Assembly (NCBI GenBank): GCA_964408425.1
Contig: CAYOZI010000001.1
Location: forward strand, 8,861-72,860
From: Candidatus Micrarchaeota archaeon
GTDB lineage: Archaea > Micrarchaeota > Micrarchaeia > Norongarragalinales > Norongarragalinaceae
Direction: 5' to 3'
Length of the DNA: 64,000 nt
Shown: positions 7,620 to 15,996 of the stretch, in pieces
Position numbering within the stretch: the first letter of the stretch is position 1
Layout of the letters: every line of letters starts with the position of its first letter
Translations under genes and position numbers: made by a program
The notes under the pieces: model-generated
What the model saw: only the letters and a program-made list of their open reading frames with translations
The model's database searches: none
Told to the model about the DNA's origin: nothing

Positions 7620-8984
7620 ACTTCGCCCCCTGCCCCTGACGCGCATGAACAACAACGACATCAAAACCAACGCCAAAACCGCAATCAAATCCGTTTCCGG
7701 CAAAGCCTTCCTTTCCGTAACCAAAATCAAAGCCGGGTTTTCCGCATCTTCATACTTAGTCCCGCCGAAAACCACCCACGCTTCGGCCCTCAAGTTTTTC
7801 CTGTCGAAAACCTCTCCCTCCGCCAAATCGATTTTCGCCTGGAAAACGCCGGGCTTGACAAACTCAATCGGAAGAGTAACGACCTGGTCTCCGCTGTCGG
7901 CGTCAAAAACGCTCAACGCTATGCCTGGATCCGAGACTACAGCCAAACCAGTTTCAGGGTCGTTCAGCAAAATCGTTATCACTGCCTTTTCCTCGAAATC
8001 CGGAATTCCCGTTCCAGAAACCACCTTCCCCCCTTCTATCCTCAAAATATTCCCTTCCCCGCCACCTCCTGTCGGAACGCACTGGCAGGCTTGGCAGGCG
8101 AACCCCTCGCTGCAAGTCAAACCCCTTTCCCCGCACTCTTCCCCGAAATCCGTAGCGTCATTCCCATCACAGAACGAACCTCCTTGTGAAATGACGAATT
8201 GCGTGGGGTTGGGAGTGCACGTTATGAGATTCCCTCCGACAGTTCCGTTAGCCCGGATTAATTTCGTTCCTACAGTCGTGTAAGAACAGGTTCTCGTGAA
8301 AACCAAGCCGTTTTGCGTGAAAGACTGCCTGTTGCCCGTATCGCAATAACCTTGGAAATTAGTCACAGGCCCTTGGGAAAACGTTACAGTAACGTCGGTC
8401 GTTTCAGGGGAAGGCGGAATTGCGCCTGAAGAAGGGTTGATGGAAATCGAGCACGTCGGAAGGCTGACGACTTCAATGGGCTTGAACGGGCAGTTGAACG
8501 CAGGGTTGGAGAAATTGGCGTAAATTGCTTTCGACCCGACGCTCGTTCCGGTGAACTGGGTCGGGTTGGCGTTGTTCGGGTTGAAAGAAACGCCGGTCGC
8601 ATTCGCGCTCCAGGATATAGTCATGACGCCCGTAGGGCAGGAGGATGGAGAGCCGTTGTTAGTGCATTGAGCGGTGAGGGCAACTGGAACGTTTACAGTC
8701 ACCGTATCCGGCCCTGAAACTCCCGTGCAATTCCAACCCGAAGGAACGGTGGTTGCGGCAGGGCATATTCCCCCGTAACACGGGCCCACTTCTGCAGCGT
8801 AACTCCCGCTTGAAAAACTTCCCACTGGAGGGGTTGTGATGACGTATTGCACTTCGTAAGAGCCGGAAGTTTGCTGCAAGCCGGAAGTTCCAATGTGGTA
8901 GTTGGCGGTGTAAGAGCCGGAAGAAGCTTCGAAAGCGAAAGCGAAAACCGAAAACAAAAGCAATGCCGCCAAGACTTTCCGCAA
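7617..8984 (-). CDS. Secreted Cys-rich protein with a C-terminal LPETD motif + TM helix + Arg-rich tail (sortase/archaeosortase-substrate-like tripartite signal)
   Basis: 455 aa; signal peptide; Cys-rich middle; GGGGEG linker; conserved ~150-aa C-terminal domain ending ..RKALPETDLIAVLALVLMSLLFMRVRGRGRS. The stop codon abuts the start of 5735..7615. Confidence 0.7.
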   Translation of the reverse strand: MRKVLAALLLFSVFAFAFEASSGSYTANYHIGTSGLQQTSGSYEVQYVITTPPVGSFSSGSYAAEVGPCYGGICPAATTVPSGWNCTGVSGPDTVTVNVPVALTAQCTNNGSPSSCPTGVMTISWSANATGVSFNPNNANPTQFTGTSVGSKAIYANFSNPAFNCPFKPIEVVSLPTCSISINPSSGAIPPSPETTDVTVTFSQGPVTNFQGYCDTGNRQSFTQNGLVFTRTCSYTTVGTKLIRANGTVGGNLITCTPNPTQFVISQGGSFCDGNDATDFGEECGERGLTCSEGFACQACQCVPTGGGGEGNILRIEGGKVVSGTGIPDFEEKAVITILLNDPETGLAVVSDPGIALSVFDADSGDQVVTLPIEFVKPGVFQAKIDLAEGEVFDRKNLRAEAWVVFGGTKYEDAENPALILVTERKALPETDLIAVLALVLMSLLFMRVRGRGRS

Positions 8985-9087
8985 CCCGACCCAGCCCCCT
9001 GTTCAAGAAACAAATTCTAAACGCAAGAACGATATTTAAACGTTCTAGAATTCACGAGTAAAAACGTCTTTCAAAAAAAGAAGGAAT

Positions 9088-9558
9088 TCAACCTAAGGAG
9101 GAAAGGCATTGTTGCTTCAATTCTTCAGGCAGCCCGTCGCAAGGAACCGCTTCTGAGGGGGAAAAACCGTCTGAAGCCGCAGGCTGGACGTCCTGCAAGC
9201 ACTGCGCTTTCAGCCCTTCTGGCACGCCTTCGCACGGGGAAGAAGGTTCCAAAAGCGAAGGCGGAACTTCGTTTGAAGAGAAAGGCTGAACCGATTGCAG
9301 ACAATCTTGCTTCAAACCACTACCGTCAGGCAAGCCCGAACACGGTTCAACGGAAGTCTCGTCCAAAACAGGCGCGGCTTCCTGGGTAGGCGGGGAAACC
9401 ACGTTTACGGCAACCACTCCCGTCGCAGGAGGCTGAGGCGCGACAGGCGCGGGATTCTGGGACGGCAGCTGCAAAACCCAGCTGAAAAAAACCAGCGCCA
9501 ACGCCAGAACCGCCCAAGCGGCAAGCATTACAATCCTTTGGTCCAAAATCCCTTTCAT
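9088..9558 (-). CDS. Small Cys-repeat secreted protein (paralog 2)
   Basis: Start taken at MKGILDQ (the ORF track begins 8 codons earlier and would overlap the upstream gene). The N-terminal anchor and the C-terminal PCDGLPEELKQQCLSSLG are nearly identical to 5272..5718, including ~85 nt of identical DNA. Confidence 0.65.
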   Translation of the reverse strand: MKGILDQRIVMLAAWAVLALALVFFSWVLQLPSQNPAPVAPQPPATGVVAVNVVSPPTQEAAPVLDETSVEPCSGLPDGSGLKQDCLQSVQPFSSNEVPPSLLEPSSPCEGVPEGLKAQCLQDVQPAASDGFSPSEAVPCDGLPEELKQQCLSSLG

Positions 9559-9560
9559 TT

Positions 9561-10676
9561 TCAACACGCTTCCTGAACGCACAATTGAATTCCGTTCACT
9601 TTCAAGCCTCTGGGAACGAACGGTAAAACACAGTTTCCGCTTGACAACTGCGCATCAACCAAAACGCATTTTCCGGTTAGCTTAGAGAAAATGTTTTTGT
9701 TCACCACGAGATTGTCGTCAACGATAACGTCGTTTCCTGAACTTGAAATCGGGCTGGTGCCTTCAAGCACGATGCTGCCGTAAACGAGCAAGTTCGAAGG
9801 CCTTTTTTCACCTCCGTAGTTTGAAGAGCCGAAGGCAACAGTCGGGCTGAGGAACCTTGCATAAAGGCTGTAGAAAGTCGGCAGGCTGTACTTTCCGAAA
9901 AGAAGGTGGGTGAAAGTCTGGATTTTTTGCTCGTAGAAATAATCCTGCTGGTAGCCGGTCAGCGCGCCTCCAATCACGAAATAATTCGGGGGAAAAGCAG
10001 AAAACAGGGTGTTCACAGGCAACCGAACGCTGTAAGCCTGGCTGAAATCCGCACTCTCTCCGGCGTAAACGTCTTTAGCCGACACTACGCCCTTGGTCAA
10101 AACATTATCAGCATAAACGTTGTTCAGCCAAGCGCTTCCGCCCACGGCTTGCGAATAGTAAAACCTCTTGCGTTCCTTAAGCAATTCCTTCTCACCGCTT
10201 GAATCCACGTAAACCAGGCGCAGGTAATAAGCCGTGTTTATCCTCAGCAAAGGAGGGGCTACCGGAGTGGGCGAAGGGCACGGATAGCCTGCAACGCAAG
10301 CGTAAACTCGGTTAACTTGGGTTTTGGAGAAAGTCAAGTCGAAAACCGAGTCTGCATTCAACTCGTCCGTCTGCGTGAGCAACGGAGTTCCGCCCGTTGA
10401 AGCAGTGTAAACCTCGCCCCTCACGCTTCCCGAAACCGCCTTTCCCAGCGAGTCTTTAATCTTTCCCTGCACGTTCAACACAGGGTATGAAGAGCCTACA
10501 ATTGCGGTAGGAGTCTCGTAAGTATTCAAGTCGAAATCCGTTCTAATGTCCACGGAAACCGAACCATCCGATGGAGCGGTAATGCCAGTAACGTCAATAG
10601 GATCGCTGATTTCCTGCGCGAAAACCAAGCTTGAAACAAACAAAACCGCTAAAACCGAAGCTAAAAATTTTTTCAT
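9561..10676 (-). CDS. Secreted surface protein (shorter paralog of the large surface proteins)
   Basis: Signal peptide MKKFLASVLAVLFVSSLVFA; it shares the PVLNVQGKI and YYLRLVY motifs with the 274.. and 5735.. proteins. Confidence 0.6.
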   Translation of the reverse strand: MKKFLASVLAVLFVSSLVFAQEISDPIDVTGITAPSDGSVSVDIRTDFDLNTYETPTAIVGSSYPVLNVQGKIKDSLGKAVSGSVRGEVYTASTGGTPLLTQTDELNADSVFDLTFSKTQVNRVYACVAGYPCPSPTPVAPPLLRINTAYYLRLVYVDSSGEKELLKERKRFYYSQAVGGSAWLNNVYADNVLTKGVVSAKDVYAGESADFSQAYSVRLPVNTLFSAFPPNYFVIGGALTGYQQDYFYEQKIQTFTHLLFGKYSLPTFYSLYARFLSPTVAFGSSNYGGEKRPSNLLVYGSIVLEGTSPISSSGNDVIVDDNLVVNKNIFSKLTGKCVLVDAQLSSGNCVLPFVPRGLKVNGIQLCVQEAC

Positions 10677-10706
10677 TTCCCAAACCACCCCGTTAATGCA
10701 AAAAAA

Positions 10707-11951
10707 TTATTTCCTTTTCCTCTCAGCTTTTGTTTTGCTTAAGCGAAGGTACAGCAACGCGGTGAAAACCAACGCCAAAACCGCAATCAAATCCGTTTCC
10801 GGCAAAGCCTTCCTTTCCGTAACCAAAAGCAACGCCTTGTCCTCGACATCAGCGTACTCGACGCCGTCAACTTCAACCCACGCTTCAACCCTCAACGTTT
10901 TCTTTTCAAACTCCGCATTGGATAACGAAAGCGTCGCTTCAAAAACACCCGGCTTGCCAGTGTAAGAAACGGACACGGGAATTTCCTCGTCGCTCCCGTC
11001 ATCGAAAACCTTCACGTTCAAGCCGGGGTCGCTAGTCAAAGCCAACCCGGTTTTCGGGTCGTTCAACAAAATAATTACTTTCGCGTTTTCCGAAAAGTCT
11101 TCAGCCGAAGAGCCGGAAAAAACCTTTCCCGCTTCAATCCTCAAAACGCTTCCCACTCTCGAAGAATCGACGCAAGCGCTGCAAGCCACGCAAACCTGGC
11201 TTAAAACGCAGCCGTCATTCAAATCGCAAGTTTCTCCGAACTCGCGAACTCCGTTCCCGCAAACCGCTCCGCCCCCGCCCCCATCGTCAGGAGGAAGGAT
11301 GTCTTCCCTGGCCCTGAAAACCGGGTAGGAATTGGGTTGCGCAGGCGGCGAACGGGCAAAACACTCCACGAACTCTCCGTTTACCACTCCGCTGGAAATT
11401 ACCGTTGAAGTGAAAGGCGGGCTTCCTTGATAAAAGCAAACTCCCTCGAACTCCAAGCCAGTAGGGTCCGGAGAAAACTGGGTGGTGATTTCGCCGTTGT
11501 ACCCGCAATCGGCTTCGACCGAATCCTCTTCAGGAACGCCGGAAAACGACAGGGTCACCGCAACGTAAGTGGAACTAGAACCCGAATCCGGTTCAAGGAA
11601 AGCAATGCAGGATTTGCCCCCGCCCGGAGGGGTTACGGTAGGAGACGGAATTGGGGTGGGAGTGGCGGAAGGCGTGGGCGACGGGGTTGCGGTCGCCGCC
11701 GCTGAAACGAAAGGACAGGTTTGCCCGTAACACGGGCCCAAGTCCGTGTTCAACTCGCCGTCGTTCGACCCTATCGGCGGCAGGACTATCGAATATTCGA
11801 CGGAATAACCGTCTATTGCAGAAGGTCCTTCGAAACCCGCTGGTCCGATGTGAAAGCTCGTGTAAAAATCGTTGAAATTCGAATCGTAAGAAAAAGCCAG
11901 AGATGAAAAAACAATCAGGAAAAAGAAAAATGCGCTTGGTTTTCCCTTCAA
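10707..11951 (-). CDS. Secreted protein with a C-terminal LPETD + TM + Lys/Arg tail (paralog of 7617..8984)
   Basis: 414 aa; signal peptide; Pro/Thr/Ser-rich linker; GPCYGQTCP and Cys-rich region. The C-terminal domain and the ..RKALPETDLIAVLALVFTALLYLRLSKTKAERKRK are conserved, with ~65 nt of DNA identical to the 7617.. copy. Confidence 0.7.
   Translation of the reverse strand: MKGKPSAFFFFLIVFSSLAFSYDSNFNDFYTSFHIGPAGFEGPSAIDGYSVEYSIVLPPIGSNDGELNTDLGPCYGQTCPFVSAAATATPSPTPSATPTPIPSPTVTPPGGGKSCIAFLEPDSGSSSTYVAVTLSFSGVPEEDSVEADCGYNGEITTQFSPDPTGLEFEGVCFYQGSPPFTSTVISSGVVNGEFVECFARSPPAQPNSYPVFRAREDILPPDDGGGGGAVCGNGVREFGETCDLNDGCVLSQVCVACSACVDSSRVGSVLRIEAGKVFSGSSAEDFSENAKVIILLNDPKTGLALTSDPGLNVKVFDDGSDEEIPVSVSYTGKPGVFEATLSLSNAEFEKKTLRVEAWVEVDGVEYADVEDKALLLVTERKALPETDLIAVLALVFTALLYLRLSKTKAERKRK
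10765..10829 (-). repeat. ~65-nt identical segment shared with 7663..7727 (coding for the ..ALPETDLIAVLALV.. anchor)
   Basis: Direct comparison: aaaaccaacgccaaaaccgcaatcaaatccgtttccggcaaagccttcctttccgtaaccaaaa in both LPETD genes. Confidence 0.75.
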
Positions 11952-12003
11952 AATAAAAACCCTGCCCGTTGTTTTTTCCTACGAACAACTTACGAAGAGA
12001 GTG

Positions 12004-12885
12004 TTATTTAAACGTTTTTTCCGAAAGCAACGGATTCGCTAAAGGCGAGACGACCGGCGACGGTTGAGCAAAAGGAGAAGGGGAAAGGGAGGGCAGGCTT
12101 GAAGACCGCATAGGAATTTCGGCAATTTTCATTACGCTCGGAACTTGAAAAGTTTGCTTTGATAAAGAAAAAGCGCCGATGTCGGTTGAAACTAGGGAGA
12201 AAGGCGACGAGGTATTCCCAGAAGGAGGCAAAACAGGCTGCACTGCAACCAAAACCTGCGAAAACTGCAAGCCGGGCAAGGAAAAAGGCCGAATCGAAGG
12301 AGTTTCAACTGCAGAACCGTACGGCGGCAAAAACCCCCCGCTTTCGAGCCTGCAACGCAATTTCACGTAGTTGTCCAACTGCCTTCGGTAGATTACCTTG
12401 TTTCTGGAGTCTTTCACAACCACCTCCCGCACGCCGCACGAGAAAGGAGCGAAAAGAACCGCGTTCGGAACGGTTACGCTTGATTCTCGTCCAACGCAGC
12501 CGCCACTGCCGCCGTCAAGAACTCCGCTCGCGCTTCCGAAACACTCGGGAGAGTCGGACAAAACCGTTTTGGTGAAAGAAAATTTGGCGGAAAAAACCGG
12601 TTGTTTCCTCGAATTCCTCAATTCCATCGTGAAATCCCCCGAACCCCCCTGTTTTTGCAAGAACGAGTCGTACAACACCACCCGGTCGACCGAAACCCGC
12701 CCTCCCTCGTTGGAAAACCTGAATGCGAAAACGGGCTTGAGGAAATCTTTCGCAACCGTGAAAAGCCGCTCGCCGCCAGCCTTGCTCAAATCACCTTCCG
12801 AACTTCCGCCGCCCGCCATAGAAAAGCCGCTTGCGCTTGCGCCCAGGATTACGGCGAAAAACAATGCAAACAGCAGTTTATTCAA
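12004..12885 (-). CDS. Secreted hypothetical protein
   Basis: Signal peptide MNKLLFALFFAVILGASASG, Ser/Pro-rich C-terminus; overlaps the upstream metalloprotease gene by 4 nt (operon-like). Confidence 0.5.
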   Translation of the reverse strand: MNKLLFALFFAVILGASASGFSMAGGGSSEGDLSKAGGERLFTVAKDFLKPVFAFRFSNEGGRVSVDRVVLYDSFLQKQGGSGDFTMELRNSRKQPVFSAKFSFTKTVLSDSPECFGSASGVLDGGSGGCVGRESSVTVPNAVLFAPFSCGVREVVVKDSRNKVIYRRQLDNYVKLRCRLESGGFLPPYGSAVETPSIRPFSLPGLQFSQVLVAVQPVLPPSGNTSSPFSLVSTDIGAFSLSKQTFQVPSVMKIAEIPMRSSSLPSLSPSPFAQPSPVVSPLANPLLSEKTFK

Positions 12886-15881
12886 GAAAATCCCTCCAAC
12901 GACTGGTTCAACGACCGTTGGTTCACTTTCCCGAAAGCATCACGCCAAGCGTAATCGCTATCCGTGACAAACCCGGGAGACCAAAACAATACAGGCGAAA
13001 AATCCAGGTAGTAATGGAACAAGACGAACGAAAACCAGTCCCCGCCGCTGCTCATCATCGACCTCACCGTCGGCCTCGCCCCGCTCTCCCCGTCCGTACA
13101 ACCCGGAGGAGTGTAAGACAAGATGCGCGTGTAGTTAACGCAACTCACGTCCCCGTAAATGCAATGCCAGTAATCATCATCAAGAGGCTGTTCGGAACTC
13201 TCGCTATGCAAATAATCCAATTCGGGCTCGCTCAGGATTTTCAACGCGCCCTTGCCCCCGCCAACCAAATCCCCCCACCATTCCATTGCTGTTGAAGAAT
13301 TCGGAGCGCAGCTCGGCATTCCCTCCGTGTTCCCAGGCCACTCGTCTTTCAACCAGCTTAAAGCATGCCCGAACTCGTGCACAACCGCGGCCGTTTCCCA
13401 CCGGTCGTACTCGAACCTAGTCGTAACCATGAAAAACATCGGATAAGCCATCCCCCCGTTTCCGCCAATGTTGTTTGTCGTCAAAACCCCGCGCAAGTCC
13501 GCAGGACAGGACAATACAGCCGCAGTCCAATCGCCCGAACCACCGCTGCAAAACCGCCAGTTCGCCTCGCAGTAATCACCCATGCGGCTGAAGCGCAAAA
13601 AGTTTATCTTCTGCTCTTGGGAGTGCAACGGTTCTATCAACGAAAGCCCTGTGAGAGAAAAGTTGCTGTCGTTGTCGAAACTCGCTTGCCGGTAGTGCCA
13701 CTCCTGCTCGTCGTAAGAATAATTCATCCCGTCCCCGAACAACGCCACGTCCAGCTTAGTCTCTGGGTTGCCGCTGTAATCCCACACGATGCAAGCGTCG
13801 GTATACAAAACAGGCGTGCCAGCCGCGGTGAGGTTGTTGTTCGAATAATCCGGCTCGAAACCCTGCTGGAACGGGTTTGCATTGGCGAAAACCGAGAAGT
13901 CGCTCTCGCCGAAAAACTCTTCAGGAGGAGTCCAGTTGAAAACAACCGTCGAGTTGCCCAAAGCGTTCCACGCCCCCTCGCCCGGCTGGATTTCAAAAGT
14001 GCCGAGCGTCACCGGCTCGGTCCAAAAACCGCTTTCGTTCGCAGGCGTGTAATACTCGAAATGCGTTTCGTTCAAAACCACGCTGATGACCGAAAAAGTC
14101 CCGTTCGGAAAAGGCGCGTTCCCCAAGTTTTTCACTACGACGACAACCTGCCCCGCGTGATTAATGTCAGGCTGCGTCGGGAAGCTTATTTCGTCTACCG
14201 CCAAGTCCGGAACGTTAACAAAAACATTTTGAGAGCGGTTGTTGTTTCCCTCGCTTTCCTCCAAACCGGCAATGTTCGGCTCGTCGGAAACGAACGCCTT
14301 GAGCGAATGGCTTCCGCCCACGCTCGGCGTCCAGTCGAACTGCACCAGGGCAGAAGCGCTTCCGTTCCATAACCCCTCGCTCTTGCTAACGTTCTTGATT
14401 CCTATGAAACGCGCGTCGCTCTGGTTGAGAGTGAAAATATCTCGCGTCAAAACCACGAAAATGTTCGTGGTGTTGGAAGGAAACGGCGCGTTGCGCAAGT
14501 TCGCTATCGTAATGTTGATCGTGGAAGGCTGCAATATTCGCAGAGTTGGGGTGGAAATGCTTTGAACCGCCAAATCCGGCCTATCCACGTTCACGCTCAA
14601 GTTCAAAACGTTGTTCGACTCGCTCTCCTCCACGCCGTTCGCATCCGGAACGTCGTCAACTTCCAAGGTCAAATTGCGCAGCCCCCCGCTTTGCGGAGTC
14701 CAGTCGAAAACAAAACTGTTTTTGCCCCAAGCGAGCCAAACGCCAGCGTTTTTGGAAACGTTCACTTCCTCTACCACGGTGTTCGCGTCTTTCAGCCTAA
14801 CGAAAACATTCCGAGTAGAAGCCGGAATGGAAGCGTTGTTGGCGTTAGAAACGTTGACTTCCACCCGGACTTTCTTCCAAATCGACGGGCTTTGCAAAAC
14901 CCGGATGCTCTGCGCGACCAAATCCGGCTTTGTGATTCCAACCGAAACGTTCATCGCTGCAATATTGTTGTTCTCGCTAACCTCCCTGCCGTAAGGCTCT
15001 CCGAATTCCGGATAATCATCCGCATAAACGTAAACCGGATAATTGCCGCTCTTCATTGGAATCCAGTCGAAAGAAACCCTGCTTTCCCCGTTCGCATTCC
15101 ACGCTCCAGAGTTTTTCGGAATCAAAACCATTCTAGCGCAGCCGTTCGTTTGCATGCACGATTGGAATTCAGCCTGGTCCTGCTCGTCCCAGAACACCCC
15201 GTCGCCGTCAAACCAAACGAAAATCTTTTCAGCAGGATTGCGGCTTGAATCGAAAACGCCGAACCCCACGTTTTTCGAATTACGCACGGTAACATTCACC
15301 CTCTCAAGCTGAAACGCCTCGAAAGGAAGATAGCCTACAGCAAGCCCGCTCAAAGTCAAATCCGGCCTTGCCCCGACGAAAGCCTTCCAATTCACCAAAA
15401 CCCCGTACTCATCCTCGACATTAACAATCCCGTCCTTGTTCCCATCCAACAAGGAACAGGAAACCGTTTCCCCACCAACAACGCAGTTTTCCGAAGAGTT
15501 TTTCCCCGCATTCCCTTCAACCGCAACCAAATCCGGATTGCTCACGTAAAAATCGTCGTTGTAATCGTAAAAAGAAACCGGGCTGCACGAAGAGCCGTAG
15601 TCATACCCCAACGCTGCGTTATCCCTCTCGTCCACAACCCCGTCGCGATTCGCGTCGAACGCTTTGCAAACGATTCCCGTATTCAAATTCCAAGAGCAAG
15701 AGTTTTGCGAAGAGCTTTTCCCGAAATTCTCCCTCAACGGACCCTGGTCCGCATCATTCACAATCCCGTCGTAATTGACGTCCGAATAGCAGGAAGAAGA
15801 ATAGGCGGACGCGAATAGGGAAAAGCCCGCAACTAGGAGCACGAACGCTATGGCAACAAAGGCAAAAATTCGGCGTTTCAT
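12882..15881 (-). CDS. Large secreted zinc metalloprotease (HEFGH) with 3 N-terminal dockerin/EF-hand-like Ca-binding repeats and ~4 CARDB-like repeats
   Basis: ~1000 aa; signal peptide MKRRIFAFVAIAFVLLVAG (ORF track starts 9 codons earlier); DVNYDGIVNDAD, DANRDGVVDERD and DGNKDGIVNVED repeats; four PDL(V/A/T)..S..-type repeats; HExxH at ~13365..13379. Confidence 0.7.
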   Translation of the reverse strand: MKRRIFAFVAIAFVLLVAGFSLFASAYSSSCYSDVNYDGIVNDADQGPLRENFGKSSSQNSCSWNLNTGIVCKAFDANRDGVVDERDNAALGYDYGSSCSPVSFYDYNDDFYVSNPDLVAVEGNAGKNSSENCVVGGETVSCSLLDGNKDGIVNVEDEYGVLVNWKAFVGARPDLTLSGLAVGYLPFEAFQLERVNVTVRNSKNVGFGVFDSSRNPAEKIFVWFDGDGVFWDEQDQAEFQSCMQTNGCARMVLIPKNSGAWNANGESRVSFDWIPMKSGNYPVYVYADDYPEFGEPYGREVSENNNIAAMNVSVGITKPDLVAQSIRVLQSPSIWKKVRVEVNVSNANNASIPASTRNVFVRLKDANTVVEEVNVSKNAGVWLAWGKNSFVFDWTPQSGGLRNLTLEVDDVPDANGVEESESNNVLNLSVNVDRPDLAVQSISTPTLRILQPSTINITIANLRNAPFPSNTTNIFVVLTRDIFTLNQSDARFIGIKNVSKSEGLWNGSASALVQFDWTPSVGGSHSLKAFVSDEPNIAGLEESEGNNNRSQNVFVNVPDLAVDEISFPTQPDINHAGQVVVVVKNLGNAPFPNGTFSVISVVLNETHFEYYTPANESGFWTEPVTLGTFEIQPGEGAWNALGNSTVVFNWTPPEEFFGESDFSVFANANPFQQGFEPDYSNNNLTAAGTPVLYTDACIVWDYSGNPETKLDVALFGDGMNYSYDEQEWHYRQASFDNDSNFSLTGLSLIEPLHSQEQKINFLRFSRMGDYCEANWRFCSGGSGDWTAAVLSCPADLRGVLTTNNIGGNGGMAYPMFFMVTTRFEYDRWETAAVVHEFGHALSWLKDEWPGNTEGMPSCAPNSSTAMEWWGDLVGGGKGALKILSEPELDYLHSESSEQPLDDDYWHCIYGDVSCVNYTRILSYTPPGCTDGESGARPTVRSMMSSGGDWFSFVLFHYYLDFSPVLFWSPGFVTDSDYAWRDAFGKVNQRSLNQSLEGFS

Positions 15882-15996
15882 TGCGTTAAAATATGACGAA
15901 AACAACATTAAAAACTATTATTTTAACCACTAAACAGTTTATAACAAAACGAGTTTTTGATTGCTCGAACGCTACAAGTGGCGTTTTGAAATAAGG

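Noticed and set aside
12159-12967. + strand ORFs (12159..12575, 12398..12967, 12831..13295) rich in Arg/Pro/Ser
   Set aside because: They are antisense to the secreted-protein genes. The composition indicates non-coding shadow frames.
13365-14372. 335-aa + strand ORF, and the 14562..15248 and 14611..14994 ORFs, inside the metalloprotease gene
   Set aside because: They are antisense to a 1000-aa ORF with a signal peptide, repeats and HEFGH. Their Arg/Pro-rich composition is typical of shadow ORFs.
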